Part shown: piece by piece, positions 1 through 8,918 of the stretch | Numbering within the stretch: position 1 is the first letter of the stretch | Layout: the number at the start of each line of letters is the position of its first letter | Sequence record: SRR9188677_161 | Length of the DNA stretch: 20,000 bases | Strand: one strand, 5' to 3' | Translations under genes and position numbers: made by a program | The notes under the pieces: model-generated | The model's input: the letters and a program-made list of their open reading frames with translations, nothing else | Databases searched by the model: none | What the model was told of the DNA's origin: nothing

Positions 1-1087
1 GTTGCTTTTCCTTTTTCTCATTTTGGTATTTGGCTTCGATCTCTACAAGGGATTTGTCCCTGTTTTTATTAAAGACCGAATCGCGCAATTTTATGTACTG
101 TTCCTGATATTCAATGGTTTTTTCCAGGTTTTTCTTGAGCTTGTTGAACTCGTATTCTGCATGATAATAATCGCGGAGCTTTTCTGCCGACTGGCTCTTA
201 CGGCTGTATTCTTTTGCGAGTCCAAGGAATTTTTCCGCTTTCTCCAGCTGATTGGTTTTAGTTGCAATGACTGCCAGATTGGTAAAATTGGTTGCCCGGC
301 TGTAAAAATCGAGATCATACCGTTCGGGGTTTTGCTTCTGATTATACTCTTTGATGGCGACGGCAGTTTTGATCCATTTTTCGGCTTCCTTATATTTTTT
401 CTGCTTCAATAAAGTGTTCCCGATATTGTTGTAGGTATGATCTACTTTCAGGGTATCTTTCCCTTTCATGTAGTTGAAAACCTGCTTGTGGTAATACAGG
501 GCTTCATTAGGCTTATTCGAGTCATCATAACTGATCGCGATGGAATTCAATGCCCCGGCGATGTAGCTGTTACGGTCTTTTTTCAGGTTCTTGGCTAGTG
601 CCAGCGCTTTTTTGCCATAGTAGATTCCTTTTTCAAAATTTTCAAAATCGTGATAGATAAGCGAAAGCAGGTTGGTATAGCTATAAACAAACACATCGCT
701 TTTGATCCTTTCGGCATTTTTGAGCCCGGTAATGGCCATGTTGATGGATTCATCGTATTGCCCCTGCTTTCTATAGCTTCTTGAAATGTTATAGTAAAGC
801 GTATTGAGCGTATTGTAATCCTTTAACTTTTCTAAAATTACAATTGCCTTTTTAGAGTAGTAAACCGCACTGTCCAACTCATTGAAATCGCCCTGCCTTG
901 CGCCTTTGCAGAAATAATATTCCGCGAGGTCCTTTTCATTTTTTATAAGCTTTTTAGCCGCCTTGAAATAATAATCTGTAGAATCCTTTGACCCGAAAGC
1001 TTTTATCAATGTCTTCTTTAAATCCTGTGAAAATCCGGGCTGGAAACACAGAAAGCAAAACAGAAAATAGACTAATAACTTTTTCAT
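1..1087 (-). CDS. TPR-repeat sensor histidine kinase, N-terminal part (runs off the left edge of the window)
   Basis: Translated by hand because it is absent from the ORF track (no stop inside the window). ATG at 1087, open for 362 codons down to position 2. Signal-peptide-like start MKKLLVYFLFCFLCFQPGFSQD; TPR-like units (LYYNISRSYRKQGQYDESINMA, ALNSIAISYDDSNKPNEALYYH, TYNNIGNTLLKQKKYKEAEKW); ends LRDSVFNKNRDKSLVEIEAKYQNEKKEKQ, the linker that typically precedes the TM helix and kinase domain in Bacteroidota TPR kinases. The kinase domain itself lies outside the window, so that part is inferred. Confidence 0.85.
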   Translation of the reverse strand, partial: MKKLLVYFLFCFLCFQPGFSQDLKKTLIKAFGSKDSTDYYFKAAKKLIKNEKDLAEYYFCKGARQGDFNELDSAVYYSKKAIVILEKLKDYNTLNTLYYNISRSYRKQGQYDESINMAITGLKNAERIKSDVFVYSYTNLLSLIYHDFENFEKGIYYGKKALALAKNLKKDRNSYIAGALNSIAISYDDSNKPNEALYYHKQVFNYMKGKDTLKVDHTYNNIGNTLLKQKKYKEAEKWIKTAVAIKEYNQKQNPERYDLDFYSRATNFTNLAVIATKTNQLEKAEKFLGLAKEYSRKSQSAEKLRDYYHAEYEFNKLKKNLEKTIEYQEQYIKLRDSVFNKNRDKSLVEIEAKYQNEKKEKQ

Positions 1088-1115
1088 TAGGAAGAATTTA
1101 CAGCATAAATATATA

Positions 1116-1391
1116 TTATTTTCTCGAATATAATTCTTCGATCAATTTAAAATTAACCTCGTAAATGTCTTTGGAAAGTGCCTGGTTCACCTCGAACATT
1201 CTTGCCTTGAGTTCTTCGGACAACTGCAACTGGCCGTCTTTGGCTTTTTGCTCATCGCTGACCTGAACGATAAAATCTTCCAGAAACTTGATCCGGGCAT
1301 TGAATTTCATCCGGTCCGATTGGATTTTATTGATCAGATACACAATCAATGATAGAAACAATATGCTGATAAGTGCTAGTATATTTGTCAT
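1116..1391 (-). CDS. Small hypothetical protein, single N-terminal TM helix plus coiled coil (91 aa)
   Basis: The track ORF 1116..1457 uses a non-ATG start that overlaps the upstream terminator. The in-frame ATG at 1391 gives MTNILALISILFLSLIVYLINK followed by a charged helical region. Confidence 0.7.
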   Translation of the reverse strand: MTNILALISILFLSLIVYLINKIQSDRMKFNARIKFLEDFIVQVSDEQKAKDGQLQLSEELKARMFEVNQALSKDIYEVNFKLIEELYSRK

Positions 1392-1455
1392 TTGCCTGGA
1401 TTTGGATACGATTGGGGTTAAAAAACAAGTAGTCAAATTTCCCGAATATCGGAAC

Positions 1456-1483
1456 AAAAAAAAATAGGGCGTTTGCCCTATTT
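1456..1483 (-). terminator. Rho-independent terminator after the lipoprotein gene 1513..2025
   Basis: Inverted repeat AAATAGGGC (1462-1470) / GTTT / GCCCTATTT (1475-1483). The A-run at 1456-1464 is the U-tract on the minus strand. Confidence 0.8.
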
Positions 1484-1512
1484 CTTCTCAAAAATCTAAC
1501 TTTCAAAATTCT

Positions 1513-2025
1513 TTAGTTAGTAAAATTCACATTAAACACACCATTGGTAATCTGTTTGGTGTCGGCCCCGCTTTGGTTTTTTCCCGTGAAGCTGAAAGTT
1601 CCTTTTACATTAGTCGCAGTAAGGTCAGTAACTGTAATAGTCCCAACAGTTCCCGATCCTTCGTAAGGCGCAGCAAATACCAATGAAGCCATTGGGTTGC
1701 TGATGTTGGCCTGAGTATAACTGGCAATAGCATCAATCGCCGAAGTATCGTTGATTTGGAATGTTCCCGGTGCTGTAACCCCAGCGATCATCAACTGGAT
1801 GGCTTTACCCGTAGCATCGCTTCCCTGAACGATCAGTACGGTATTCTGGTGTGTTGCAGCTGTCGCCATTGACATCGATGTCCAGTTGGATCCTGCAATT
1901 TTTGCCTTCATAGTACCTACAGCCGTACTTCCGCCTCCTCCGTCACCATCACTGCTGCTGCAAGAAGATAAAAGTGTTGTTACTGCCAATACGATAGCAA
2001 ATCCTAAGTGTTTAATTGTTCTCAT
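1513..2025 (-). CDS. Lipoprotein, beta-rich, DUF6252-like
   Basis: 170 aa. Lipobox LLSSC followed by SSSDGDGGGGS. Motifs MKAKIAG and GTITVTDLTATNVKGTFSFTG...ITNGVFNV resemble Bacteroidota DUF6252-type lipoproteins (family name from memory). Confidence 0.75.
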   Translation of the reverse strand: MRTIKHLGFAIVLAVTTLLSSCSSSDGDGGGGSTAVGTMKAKIAGSNWTSMSMATAATHQNTVLIVQGSDATGKAIQLMIAGVTAPGTFQINDTSAIDAIASYTQANISNPMASLVFAAPYEGSGTVGTITVTDLTATNVKGTFSFTGKNQSGADTKQITNGVFNVNFTN

Positions 2026-2151
2026 GGTTTTATTGTTTTAAGTTATGGTACAAATTTGCCTTGAAAACCAAACCGAAACAATACGTCATTTGCCGTAATT
2101 TCAATATAAGCAATTGAAAAACAGCATCAGAAAAATTTACACTCTAGTAAG

Positions 2152-3084
2152 TCAGAAAGAAAAATGCGGGAAACGTTGCTGAAGGTTTTGTATTTTACCC
2201 TCAAGGTTTTTCAAAAACTTCTGGTGAGACTCTGAATCCGGGTTGAAAGGACGGTGAGCAAGGGCTTTCCGGATACTGCCTACTTCTTCCATAACCGAAT
2301 GGCTTTCTTCCGAAATGGAACTTTCGGCAAACCTTGACCAGATATAGTCGATGGCCGTTTGGCTTGGATGCAGCATATCCTGGGCATAAAAGCGGTAGTC
2401 CCGGAGTTCGTCCATCAGGATTTCATAGGAAGGAAAATAGTTGATTTTACAGGAATGGATTGCGGCAATCAGATGCGCCTTGCTTTGCTGGTTTTCAATG
2501 AAACCATCTTTAATGTGCCGAACCGGAGAAACTGTAAAAATGAAAGTGCAATTTGGATTTACTTTCTTAACTAAATCAATGGTATTTTGAATGGATTTTT
2601 CAATAATTGCTACCGGCAAAAGTTCCTTGTCAAATTGGTTTTGCGGGACTTTATGGCAGTTGGCCACAATGTTTCCCGAAATCTTATTTTGGTAAACCCA
2701 CGATGTTCCGTAAGTAATTTGGAAATGTGTTGATTTGGAAATTTGAAAATGGAAATCCTTGAGCAGTGAATTCAACTTATTAAGAAATTCCTCTTTATCC
2801 GGACAGCTTAATTCAGAATGTACTTCAAAACAATGCCACAAATCGTTGTGGAAAAAGACATCTTCTTCCGTAAATTCCTTCTGATCGACCACTCTCGAAA
2901 CCAGGTTTTCAATGGAAACCGGATTAAAAATAATCCCAAACGGATTGACCGAATTCATAAACTTAAAATACCCGAATTTTTCTCCCATATTTTCTGCAAA
3001 ACACGATCCTAACGAAACGATTTTCGAATCATAACTTATCGGATTGCTTGATTTTTCGATGGGAATTCTGGTAGTAAAGTTCAT
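2152..3084 (-). CDS. GSCFA domain-containing protein (SGNH/GDSL-like hydrolase of unknown function)
   Basis: 310 aa with the eponymous SLGSCFA motif, plus NPFGIIFNP, VANCHKVP, TVSPVRH and YFPSYEILMDELRDYRFYAQDMLHP. Confidence 0.93.
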   Translation of the reverse strand: MNFTTRIPIEKSSNPISYDSKIVSLGSCFAENMGEKFGYFKFMNSVNPFGIIFNPVSIENLVSRVVDQKEFTEEDVFFHNDLWHCFEVHSELSCPDKEEFLNKLNSLLKDFHFQISKSTHFQITYGTSWVYQNKISGNIVANCHKVPQNQFDKELLPVAIIEKSIQNTIDLVKKVNPNCTFIFTVSPVRHIKDGFIENQQSKAHLIAAIHSCKINYFPSYEILMDELRDYRFYAQDMLHPSQTAIDYIWSRFAESSISEESHSVMEEVGSIRKALAHRPFNPDSESHQKFLKNLEGKIQNLQQRFPHFSF

Positions 3085-3101
3085 TGTCTTGGTTTAAGTT
3101 T

Positions 3102-3109
3102 CAAAAATA
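3102..3109 (-). promoter_or_regulatory. Bacteroidota -7 promoter box (TATTTTTG) for the GSCFA gene
   Basis: Matches TAnnTTTG 17 nt upstream of the ATG. No clear -33 box. Confidence 0.5.
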
Positions 3110-3176
3110 CAAAATTCAGGCTATCGAATTATAAAGGAATACAATCCAAACCGCAACTTGGTGGCTATTTATTTTC

Positions 3177-3184
3177 TACTTTTG
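3177..3184 (+). promoter_or_regulatory. Bacteroidota -7 promoter box (TACTTTTG) for the ABC transporter
   Basis: Matches TAnnTTTG 22 nt upstream of ATG 3207. A TTG at 3158-3160 has a shorter spacing than consensus. Confidence 0.55.
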
Positions 3185-3206
3185 CTTCGCAAAATTTTTA
3201 TACTTC

Positions 3207-4958
3207 ATGAAACTATTATATTCTTATCTCAAAAAACACAAACTGCTTTTATTCATTGCGCTGTTAATGGCCGCAGTAAACATCTGCTTCAGCTTGTCCG
3301 ACTCGATAATTACCGGTAAACTAATGCAGGATTGCGGTGTAGGAATCGGAAAATACAAAGGCAATGAAATCGGTTTTATCAAGTCGTTGTCGTTTTGGCT
3401 TGGCTTATCGCTTGGAGCGGCCATGATTTCCAGGATCACAAAAAATTTCCAGGATTATTTTACCAATATCGTCATCCAGAGAACGGGTGCCGAAATGTAC
3501 ACGGACGGAATAAAAAAATCACTCGACCTGCCTTACGAAGAATTCGAAGACCAGCGCAGTGGCGAGACTTTAAGCAAATTAACCAAAGTCCGGATCGATT
3601 CGGAAAAACTGATTACCCTTTCGATTTCCTTGATTTTTCAGACCGTGATCGGCTTCATTTTCGTCATTGTTTACGTGGGCCGGATTGACTATAGGATTTC
3701 GATTATCTTTTTGATTACTGCCCCTATTATAGCCCTGGTAAGTTCGTACTTAGGTAAAAAAATCAAGGTCGTTTCCCGGAAAATCGTAACGCAGACGAAT
3801 GCTTTGGCTGGTTCAACAACCGAAAGTTTAAGAAACATCGAACTGGTAAAAAGTTTGGGACTGACCTATCAGGAAGAAAAGCGTCTGAACTTAAATACCC
3901 TTAAAATATTACAGCTCGAATTGCAGAAAATCCGTTTTATCCGAAGCCTGAGCTTTATCCAGGGAACAACAGTTCACTTTTTAAGAACCTGTGTGGTTTT
4001 CACCTTGTACTATTTCCTTTTTGGCGGTAAAATCATTGTTGGGGATTTATTGACGATGGTATTCTTTACGTTCTTTATTTTCGGGCCTTTGCAGGAGTTG
4101 GGTTCGTTCATCATCGCTTTGAATGAAACGAAAGTTTCTATGGAAAATTTTAAGGAATTGCTGAATGCCCCAAAAGAATTCCGTCCTAAAAATGCCAAAG
4201 ATGTGGGCAATATCAAAGCACTTCAGTTTTCGGATGTAAGCTTCAAACACAAATCGGCCAAGCACAATGCCGTTGAAAATATCAGTTTCGATATCAAGCA
4301 AGGGGAAACGGTTGCATTCGTAGGGCCATCCGGAGCCGGGAAAACGACGCTGGTAAAACTTTTGGTCGGATTGTACCCGCCGGCAAAAGGACACGTTAAA
4401 TACAACGAAACCGATTCTACTGAAATCGACCTGCTCGATTTGAGGAAACAGCTCGGATTTGTAACGCAGGATGCCCAATTGTTTTCGGGAACCATCCGTG
4501 AAAACCTGCTGTTCGTAAAACCACAGGCAACTGATGAGGAATTGTTGGAAGTTCTGCACAAAGCAAGCTGCGACAAACTGCTAGAACGTGCCGAAGACGG
4601 ATTGAATTCCACAATCGGTGAAGGCGGAATCAAGGTTTCCGGTGGGGAGAAACAGCGTTTATCCATTGCCCGTGCGATTTTGAGAAATCCAAATCTATTG
4701 ATATTTGACGAAGCGACTTCTGCTTTGGATTCGATTACCGAAGAAGAGATCAACGCGACCATCCGGAATATTTCGGACAAAAACCGCATCACCGTTTTAA
4801 TCGCACACCGATTATCAACCGTAATGCACGCCGATAAGATTTTCGTCTTAGAGCAGGGGAAAATAATCGAACAAGGCAGGCACGAAGCCTTACTGGAAGA
4901 GAAAGGCCTTTATTATGCGATGTGGCGCCAGCAGATCGGGGAACGCAAAAAAGAGTAA
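3207..4958 (+). CDS. ABC exporter, fused permease/ATP-binding protein (MsbA/MdlB-like half transporter)
   Basis: 583 aa. N-terminal TM domain, Walker A GPSGAGKT, Q-loop VTQD, signature VSGGEKQR, Walker B LLIFDE, H-loop IAHRLST. Confidence 0.95.
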   Translation: MKLLYSYLKKHKLLLFIALLMAAVNICFSLSDSIITGKLMQDCGVGIGKYKGNEIGFIKSLSFWLGLSLGAAMISRITKNFQDYFTNIVIQRTGAEMYTDGIKKSLDLPYEEFEDQRSGETLSKLTKVRIDSEKLITLSISLIFQTVIGFIFVIVYVGRIDYRISIIFLITAPIIALVSSYLGKKIKVVSRKIVTQTNALAGSTTESLRNIELVKSLGLTYQEEKRLNLNTLKILQLELQKIRFIRSLSFIQGTTVHFLRTCVVFTLYYFLFGGKIIVGDLLTMVFFTFFIFGPLQELGSFIIALNETKVSMENFKELLNAPKEFRPKNAKDVGNIKALQFSDVSFKHKSAKHNAVENISFDIKQGETVAFVGPSGAGKTTLVKLLVGLYPPAKGHVKYNETDSTEIDLLDLRKQLGFVTQDAQLFSGTIRENLLFVKPQATDEELLEVLHKASCDKLLERAEDGLNSTIGEGGIKVSGGEKQRLSIARAILRNPNLLIFDEATSALDSITEEEINATIRNISDKNRITVLIAHRLSTVMHADKIFVLEQGKIIEQGRHEALLEEKGLYYAMWRQQIGERKKE

Positions 4959-4986
4959 ATCCCAATCTTTTGAATGCATTATATAA

Positions 4987-5018
4987 CAAAACCCTCTCTT
5001 GACAGTGAAAGGGCTTTG
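4987..5018 (-). terminator. Terminator hairpin between the convergent ABC transporter and lipoprotein genes
   Basis: Minus strand reads CAAAGCCCTTTC-ACTGTCAA-GAGAGGGTTTTG, a 12 bp stem with two G-U pairs. It pairs better on the minus strand and may be bidirectional. Confidence 0.65.
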
Positions 5019-5055
5019 CAAAATAATAGTGTTTGATTTTATTCGTTTAATCCTA

Positions 5056-5847
5056 TTAGTAATAGATGTAAACCGATTTAAGGTGGTTGTTACTTGGGTT
5101 TTCAAATACCGGCTTGTCTGAAACGATTTCTGTAGGATAGCCTGAATTATATTGAAAACTTCTTGGATATTGCTTCAATGACGAAATGGCCTGATCCGTA
5201 TCCAAATAAGACGTTGAAGCAATTTCTGTACTTGAAGCCGTATTATTAGCTGAAATGGTATTATAGTGATCCAGCAGTTTATTGTATCCTGTAATATTGT
5301 TGAACGGGTTTCTTTTGGCATCGTAAACAAAACTAACCTGCTCTTTTGAAACTACGTTTGCTGCAGTTGTATCAAGCGTTTTGTTATTGTCATATACGTT
5401 TTCTCCCTGGAATGAAAGAGTTCCGTGGAAAAGCAAAACCGTATTGTTGCCAGCATCTACGGTTGTTTTCTCGTAAGCAACAGTTCCGTCAGCATTGTAA
5501 ACATAATTCAATTCGTAATTATCTGAACAGATTACTTTAGTCAGTCTTTCAGCGGTATAAATGTAATCAAAAGTCGTCTGAACATTGGTTACTAAGTCCA
5601 ATTCCGCAATCCTCGTTATCAGATCGCCGGTATAAGTAAAGGTGCTGCTTTTATTCTCTGAAAGGATGCTAACGATTTTGTTTCCGTTATAAGTAAAATT
5701 ATAGGTTGATGAAGTTCCATCGGTATTTACTTCTATAACATTTTTAAGAAGCCTTGCCTCTACAACATCACTGTCGCTGGAGGTGCAGGAAGTAAATGTT
5801 AAACCAAAAAGAAAAACGACGGACAGAAGCTGGATGGTTTTTTTCAT
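5056..5847 (-). CDS. Lipoprotein with YD/RHS-like beta-hairpin repeats
   Basis: 263 aa. Lipobox FTSC followed by TSSDSD. Repeats FTYNGNKIVSI, FTYTGDLITRI, YIYTAERLTKV, YVYNADGTV, plus FVYDAKRNPFNNITG and FQYNSGYPT. Confidence 0.8.
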   Translation of the reverse strand: MKKTIQLLSVVFLFGLTFTSCTSSDSDVVEARLLKNVIEVNTDGTSSTYNFTYNGNKIVSILSENKSSTFTYTGDLITRIAELDLVTNVQTTFDYIYTAERLTKVICSDNYELNYVYNADGTVAYEKTTVDAGNNTVLLFHGTLSFQGENVYDNNKTLDTTAANVVSKEQVSFVYDAKRNPFNNITGYNKLLDHYNTISANNTASSTEIASTSYLDTDQAISSLKQYPRSFQYNSGYPTEIVSDKPVFENPSNNHLKSVYIYY

Positions 5848-5903
5848 AATTGCATTAGTTTAGGATTTTAACTGAATTGGCTTGGGGCGTTTTCAATACA
5901 GTT

Positions 5904-5936
5904 CAAATGTAAATAAGTGCAATTATTCCTAACAAA
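5904..5936 (-). promoter_or_regulatory. Promoter TTTG-N21-TACATTTG for lipoprotein 5056..5847
   Basis: -7 box at 5904-5911 and -33 TTTG at 5933-5936 on the minus strand, downstream of the alaS terminator. Confidence 0.55.
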
Positions 5937-5990
5937 AGTTCCGATACACTACCAAAAAAATCGTTGTTTATCAATTTTGGCATCAATTTT

Positions 5991-6032
5991 CAAAAACAAA
6001 AACCCTTTCAACCGAATGATTAAAAGGGTTTT
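5991..6032 (-). terminator. Rho-independent terminator of alaS
   Basis: AAAACCCTTT (5999-6008) / AAAGGGTTTT (6023-6032), extendable with G-U pairs on the minus strand and followed by TGTTTTTG. It lies 18 nt after the alaS stop. Confidence 0.8.
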
Positions 6033-6050
6033 AGTTCCGTTATTTTTATA

Positions 6051-8687
6051 CTATTTGACGAAATCAACGGCTTTTTCCAAAGCTTCCTTAATTCCATTCA
6101 CATTCTTTCCTTTCCCTGAAGCAAAGAACGGCTGTCCCCCACCGTTTCCTTCAATATACCGGCCTAATTCCTTGATTACAACATTGGCATTCAAACCTTT
6201 ATCTGCAACCAGTTCTTTAGAAATATAGCAGTGGATGTTAGGCAGATTATCATCAACCGAAGCCAAAAATACAAATGAATTGGGTTGGGAAGTTCCGATG
6301 GCCTGAGCCAGATCTTTCGTGGAAGGCATTGACAAATCGACTTGTTTTGCCAAAAAGTTCACCCCATTTATTTCCTGGAATTCAGCCACAAGAGTGTTCT
6401 TTAATCCTTCAACTTTCTCTTTCAACAACTGTTCAATCTGTTTTTTCAGTTTGGCATTATCGTCCTGAAGCGTAGCAACCGATTTCAAAACATCCTGCGG
6501 ATTCTTAAGCGTCTCTTTTATTTCAGAAAGCGTATTTTCCTGATTGGCATAGAAATCCTTAACCGCATCGCCTGTAATTGCTTCTATACGACGGATCCCG
6601 GCAGCAACCGCGCCTTCCGAAACAATTTTGAAATGCCAGATCTCACCCGTATTTTTCACATGGATCCCACCGCACAATTCACGGCTTTCGCCAAATTCGA
6701 TCATGCGGACGCTATCTCCATATTTTTCACCAAACAAAGCCATGGCACCTTTGTCCATAGCTTCCTGGATTGGGATATTCCGGTATTCTATCAATTGTAA
6801 TTGTTCTTCAATCCTTGCATTTACAAAAGCTTCTACCTTACGTAATTCGTCATCGGTAACTTTGCTGAAATGAGAGAAGTCGAAACGCAGGTAATTTGGG
6901 TTTACCAACGAACCTTTCTGTTCTACGTGCGTTCCCAAAATCGTCCTCAACCCCAAATGCATCAAATGCGTAGCCGAATGGTTTTTGGAGGTTGATGTCC
7001 TTAAATCGGTATTTACCTTAGCTACAAAGCCTGCTTCAACATTTTCAGGAAGCTGTTTTGCAAAATGCAGAATAAGGTTATTTTCTTTTTTAGTGTCGAT
7101 GATTTCGATCGTTTCGTTTGCTGAAACCAAAGTTCCCTTGTCTCCAACCTGACCTCCGCCTTCCGGATAGAATGGCGTGTTGTCAAGAACAATTTGGTAT
7201 AAAACTCCGTCTTTTTTGGAATCTACCTTACGGATACGGGTGATTTTTACTTCATTTTCAGTTTTATCATAACCAACGAATGTTTCTACATTACCAGGAA
7301 TTAAAACTTTCCAGTCGTCTGTTGAAACTTCCGATGCGGCGCGCGAACGGTCTTTCTGTTTTTTGAGTTCAGCCTCGAATTCAGTTTCGTTGTAGGTCAT
7401 TCCTTTTTCTTTCAGGATCAATCCCGTCAAATCTTTTGGAAACCCGAACGTATCGAACAATTCAAATGCTTTCACCCCTGAAACTTCTTTTCCCGATGTT
7501 TTTGAAACGATATTGTCCAGCAATTGCAAGCCCTGATCCAAAGTCCTTAAAAAGGAAGCTTCCTCTTCACGGATTACATTGGTAACCAACTGCTGCTGCG
7601 ATTTGATTTCCGGAAAGAACTCGCCCATCTGATCCGCCAAAACAGCTACCAGTTTGTTTATAAATGGCTCTTTTGTTCCCAAAAAAGTAAACCCATAACG
7701 GATGGCACGACGCAGAATTCTACGGATTACATAGCCTGCTCCGGTGTTGGATGGCAGCTGCCCGTCAGCAATAGCAAAGGCTACAGCGCGAACGTGGTCC
7801 ACAATTACACGGATGGCAATGTTGGTTTTGTTTTGTTCTTCTGAAATATTTTTTACCTCGTTTGAAGTGTATTTCAATCCTGTGATCTGTTCCACTTTTT
7901 CGATAAGCGGCGTAAATACGTCGGTATCGTAGTTGGATGTTTTTCCTTGTAATGCCATGCACAAACGCTCGAATCCCATTCCGGTATCTACGTGCTGTGC
8001 TGGTAATTTTTCTAAACTTCCATCGGCCTTACGGTTGAATTCCATGAAAACGTTGTTCCAGATTTCAACTACCTGCGGATGGTCTTTGTTTACCAGACTC
8101 TTTCCGGAAACTTTTGCTTTTTCCTCTTCTGAACGCAAATCTACATGGATTTCTGAACAAGGCCCGCATGGCCCCTGATCACCCATTTCCCAGAAGTTGT
8201 CTTTCTTGTTTCCAAGGATGATCCGGTCTTCGTCGATCAGGGTTTTCCAGATGTCCCAGGCTTCCTGGTCAAACGGGACATTTTCTTCCTCGCTTCCTTC
8301 AAAAACGGAAACGTAAAGGTTTTCTTTTGGGATTTTATAAACTTCCGTCAGTAATTCCCAGGCCCAGTTGATGGCTTCTTTTTTGAAATAATCGCCAAAA
8401 GACCAGTTCCCGAGCATTTCGAACATGGTGTGGTGGTACGTATCAAAACCTACATCCTCCAGATCGTTATGTTTTCCTGAAACACGAAGGCATTTTTGCG
8501 TATCGGCTATTCGTTTGCTTTTAGGGGTTCCGTTTCCTAAAAAATATTCTTTGAACTGGGCCATCCCGGAATTGTTGAACATCAGGGTTGGATCGTCTTT
8601 GAGTACGATTGGCGCAGAAGGAACGATTAAGTGTCCTTTGGATTCGAAGAATTGTAAAAACTGTTTACGAATGTCTTGTGATTTCAT
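6051..8687 (-). CDS. alaS: Alanine--tRNA ligase
   Basis: 878 aa with [58 protein letters not shown], editing-domain HSATHLMH and ELCGGIH, and C-terminal [10 protein letters not shown]. Confidence 0.99.
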   Translation of the reverse strand: MKSQDIRKQFLQFFESKGHLIVPSAPIVLKDDPTLMFNNSGMAQFKEYFLGNGTPKSKRIADTQKCLRVSGKHNDLEDVGFDTYHHTMFEMLGNWSFGDYFKKEAINWAWELLTEVYKIPKENLYVSVFEGSEEENVPFDQEAWDIWKTLIDEDRIILGNKKDNFWEMGDQGPCGPCSEIHVDLRSEEEKAKVSGKSLVNKDHPQVVEIWNNVFMEFNRKADGSLEKLPAQHVDTGMGFERLCMALQGKTSNYDTDVFTPLIEKVEQITGLKYTSNEVKNISEEQNKTNIAIRVIVDHVRAVAFAIADGQLPSNTGAGYVIRRILRRAIRYGFTFLGTKEPFINKLVAVLADQMGEFFPEIKSQQQLVTNVIREEEASFLRTLDQGLQLLDNIVSKTSGKEVSGVKAFELFDTFGFPKDLTGLILKEKGMTYNETEFEAELKKQKDRSRAASEVSTDDWKVLIPGNVETFVGYDKTENEVKITRIRKVDSKKDGVLYQIVLDNTPFYPEGGGQVGDKGTLVSANETIEIIDTKKENNLILHFAKQLPENVEAGFVAKVNTDLRTSTSKNHSATHLMHLGLRTILGTHVEQKGSLVNPNYLRFDFSHFSKVTDDELRKVEAFVNARIEEQLQLIEYRNIPIQEAMDKGAMALFGEKYGDSVRMIEFGESRELCGGIHVKNTGEIWHFKIVSEGAVAAGIRRIEAITGDAVKDFYANQENTLSEIKETLKNPQDVLKSVATLQDDNAKLKKQIEQLLKEKVEGLKNTLVAEFQEINGVNFLAKQVDLSMPSTKDLAQAIGTSQPNSFVFLASVDDNLPNIHCYISKELVADKGLNANVVIKELGRYIEGNGGGQPFFASGKGKNVNGIKEALEKAVDFVK

Positions 8688-8737
8688 TTTGGATTATTAG
8701 ATAATTAGATCTTTAGGTTCTCAGATAACAATAGTTC

Positions 8738-8800
8738 TTTTTAGCCCCGATTGCAGTGAAAATCCTTTTTTGAAAAAAAAGATTGTAACGGAAAGCGGGA
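8738..8800 (+). ncRNA. Structured intergenic element, Flavo-1-like RNA motif / Flavobacteriaceae repeat
   Basis: TTTTTAGCCCCGATTGCAGTGAAAATCCTTTTTTGAAAAAAAAGATTGTAACGGAAAGCGGGA folds into nested stems CCCG/CGGG, TTGCA/TGTAA, ATC/GAT and a T-run/A-run apical stem, with purine-rich bulges GTGAAA and CGGAAAG. The resemblance to the Flavo-1 motif is from memory, not from a search. Confidence 0.6.
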
Positions 8801-8870
8801 GGATTGTTGAATAGATTTCCGAATGTTCCGCTCCTAAAAATAAATTTTAGGCATTGACTGAAACATTTGG

Positions 8871-8878
8871 TAAATTTG
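8871..8878 (+). promoter_or_regulatory. -7 promoter box (TAAATTTG) for the M23 operon
   Basis: Matches TAnnTTTG 54 nt upstream of ATG 8933. Confidence 0.5.
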
Positions 8879-8910
8879 TTCGTATAACCATTGTTTTCTT
8901 AAAACAAGCA

Positions 8911-8918
8911 CAAAAATA
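8911..8918 (-). promoter_or_regulatory. -7 promoter box (TATTTTTG), candidate alaS promoter
   Basis: The only minus-strand TAnnTTTG match I found in the 8688-8932 intergenic region. Confidence 0.45.

Noticed and set aside
2..412. 136 aa hydrophobic + strand ORF (and 91..318 -)
   Set aside because: These are antisense or off-frame shadows of the TPR kinase. The hydrophobicity comes from reading Lys/Glu codons on the opposite strand.
1392..1457. N-terminal extension of the 113 aa ORF
   Set aside because: It uses a non-ATG start overlapping the terminator U-tract. ATG 1391 gives a clean N-terminal TM helix.
6658..6678. AlaRS editing motif reads CGGIH rather than the commoner CGGTH
   Set aside because: The Zn ligands (HxxxH, CxxxH) are intact. 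I have no evidence that this is more than lineage variation.
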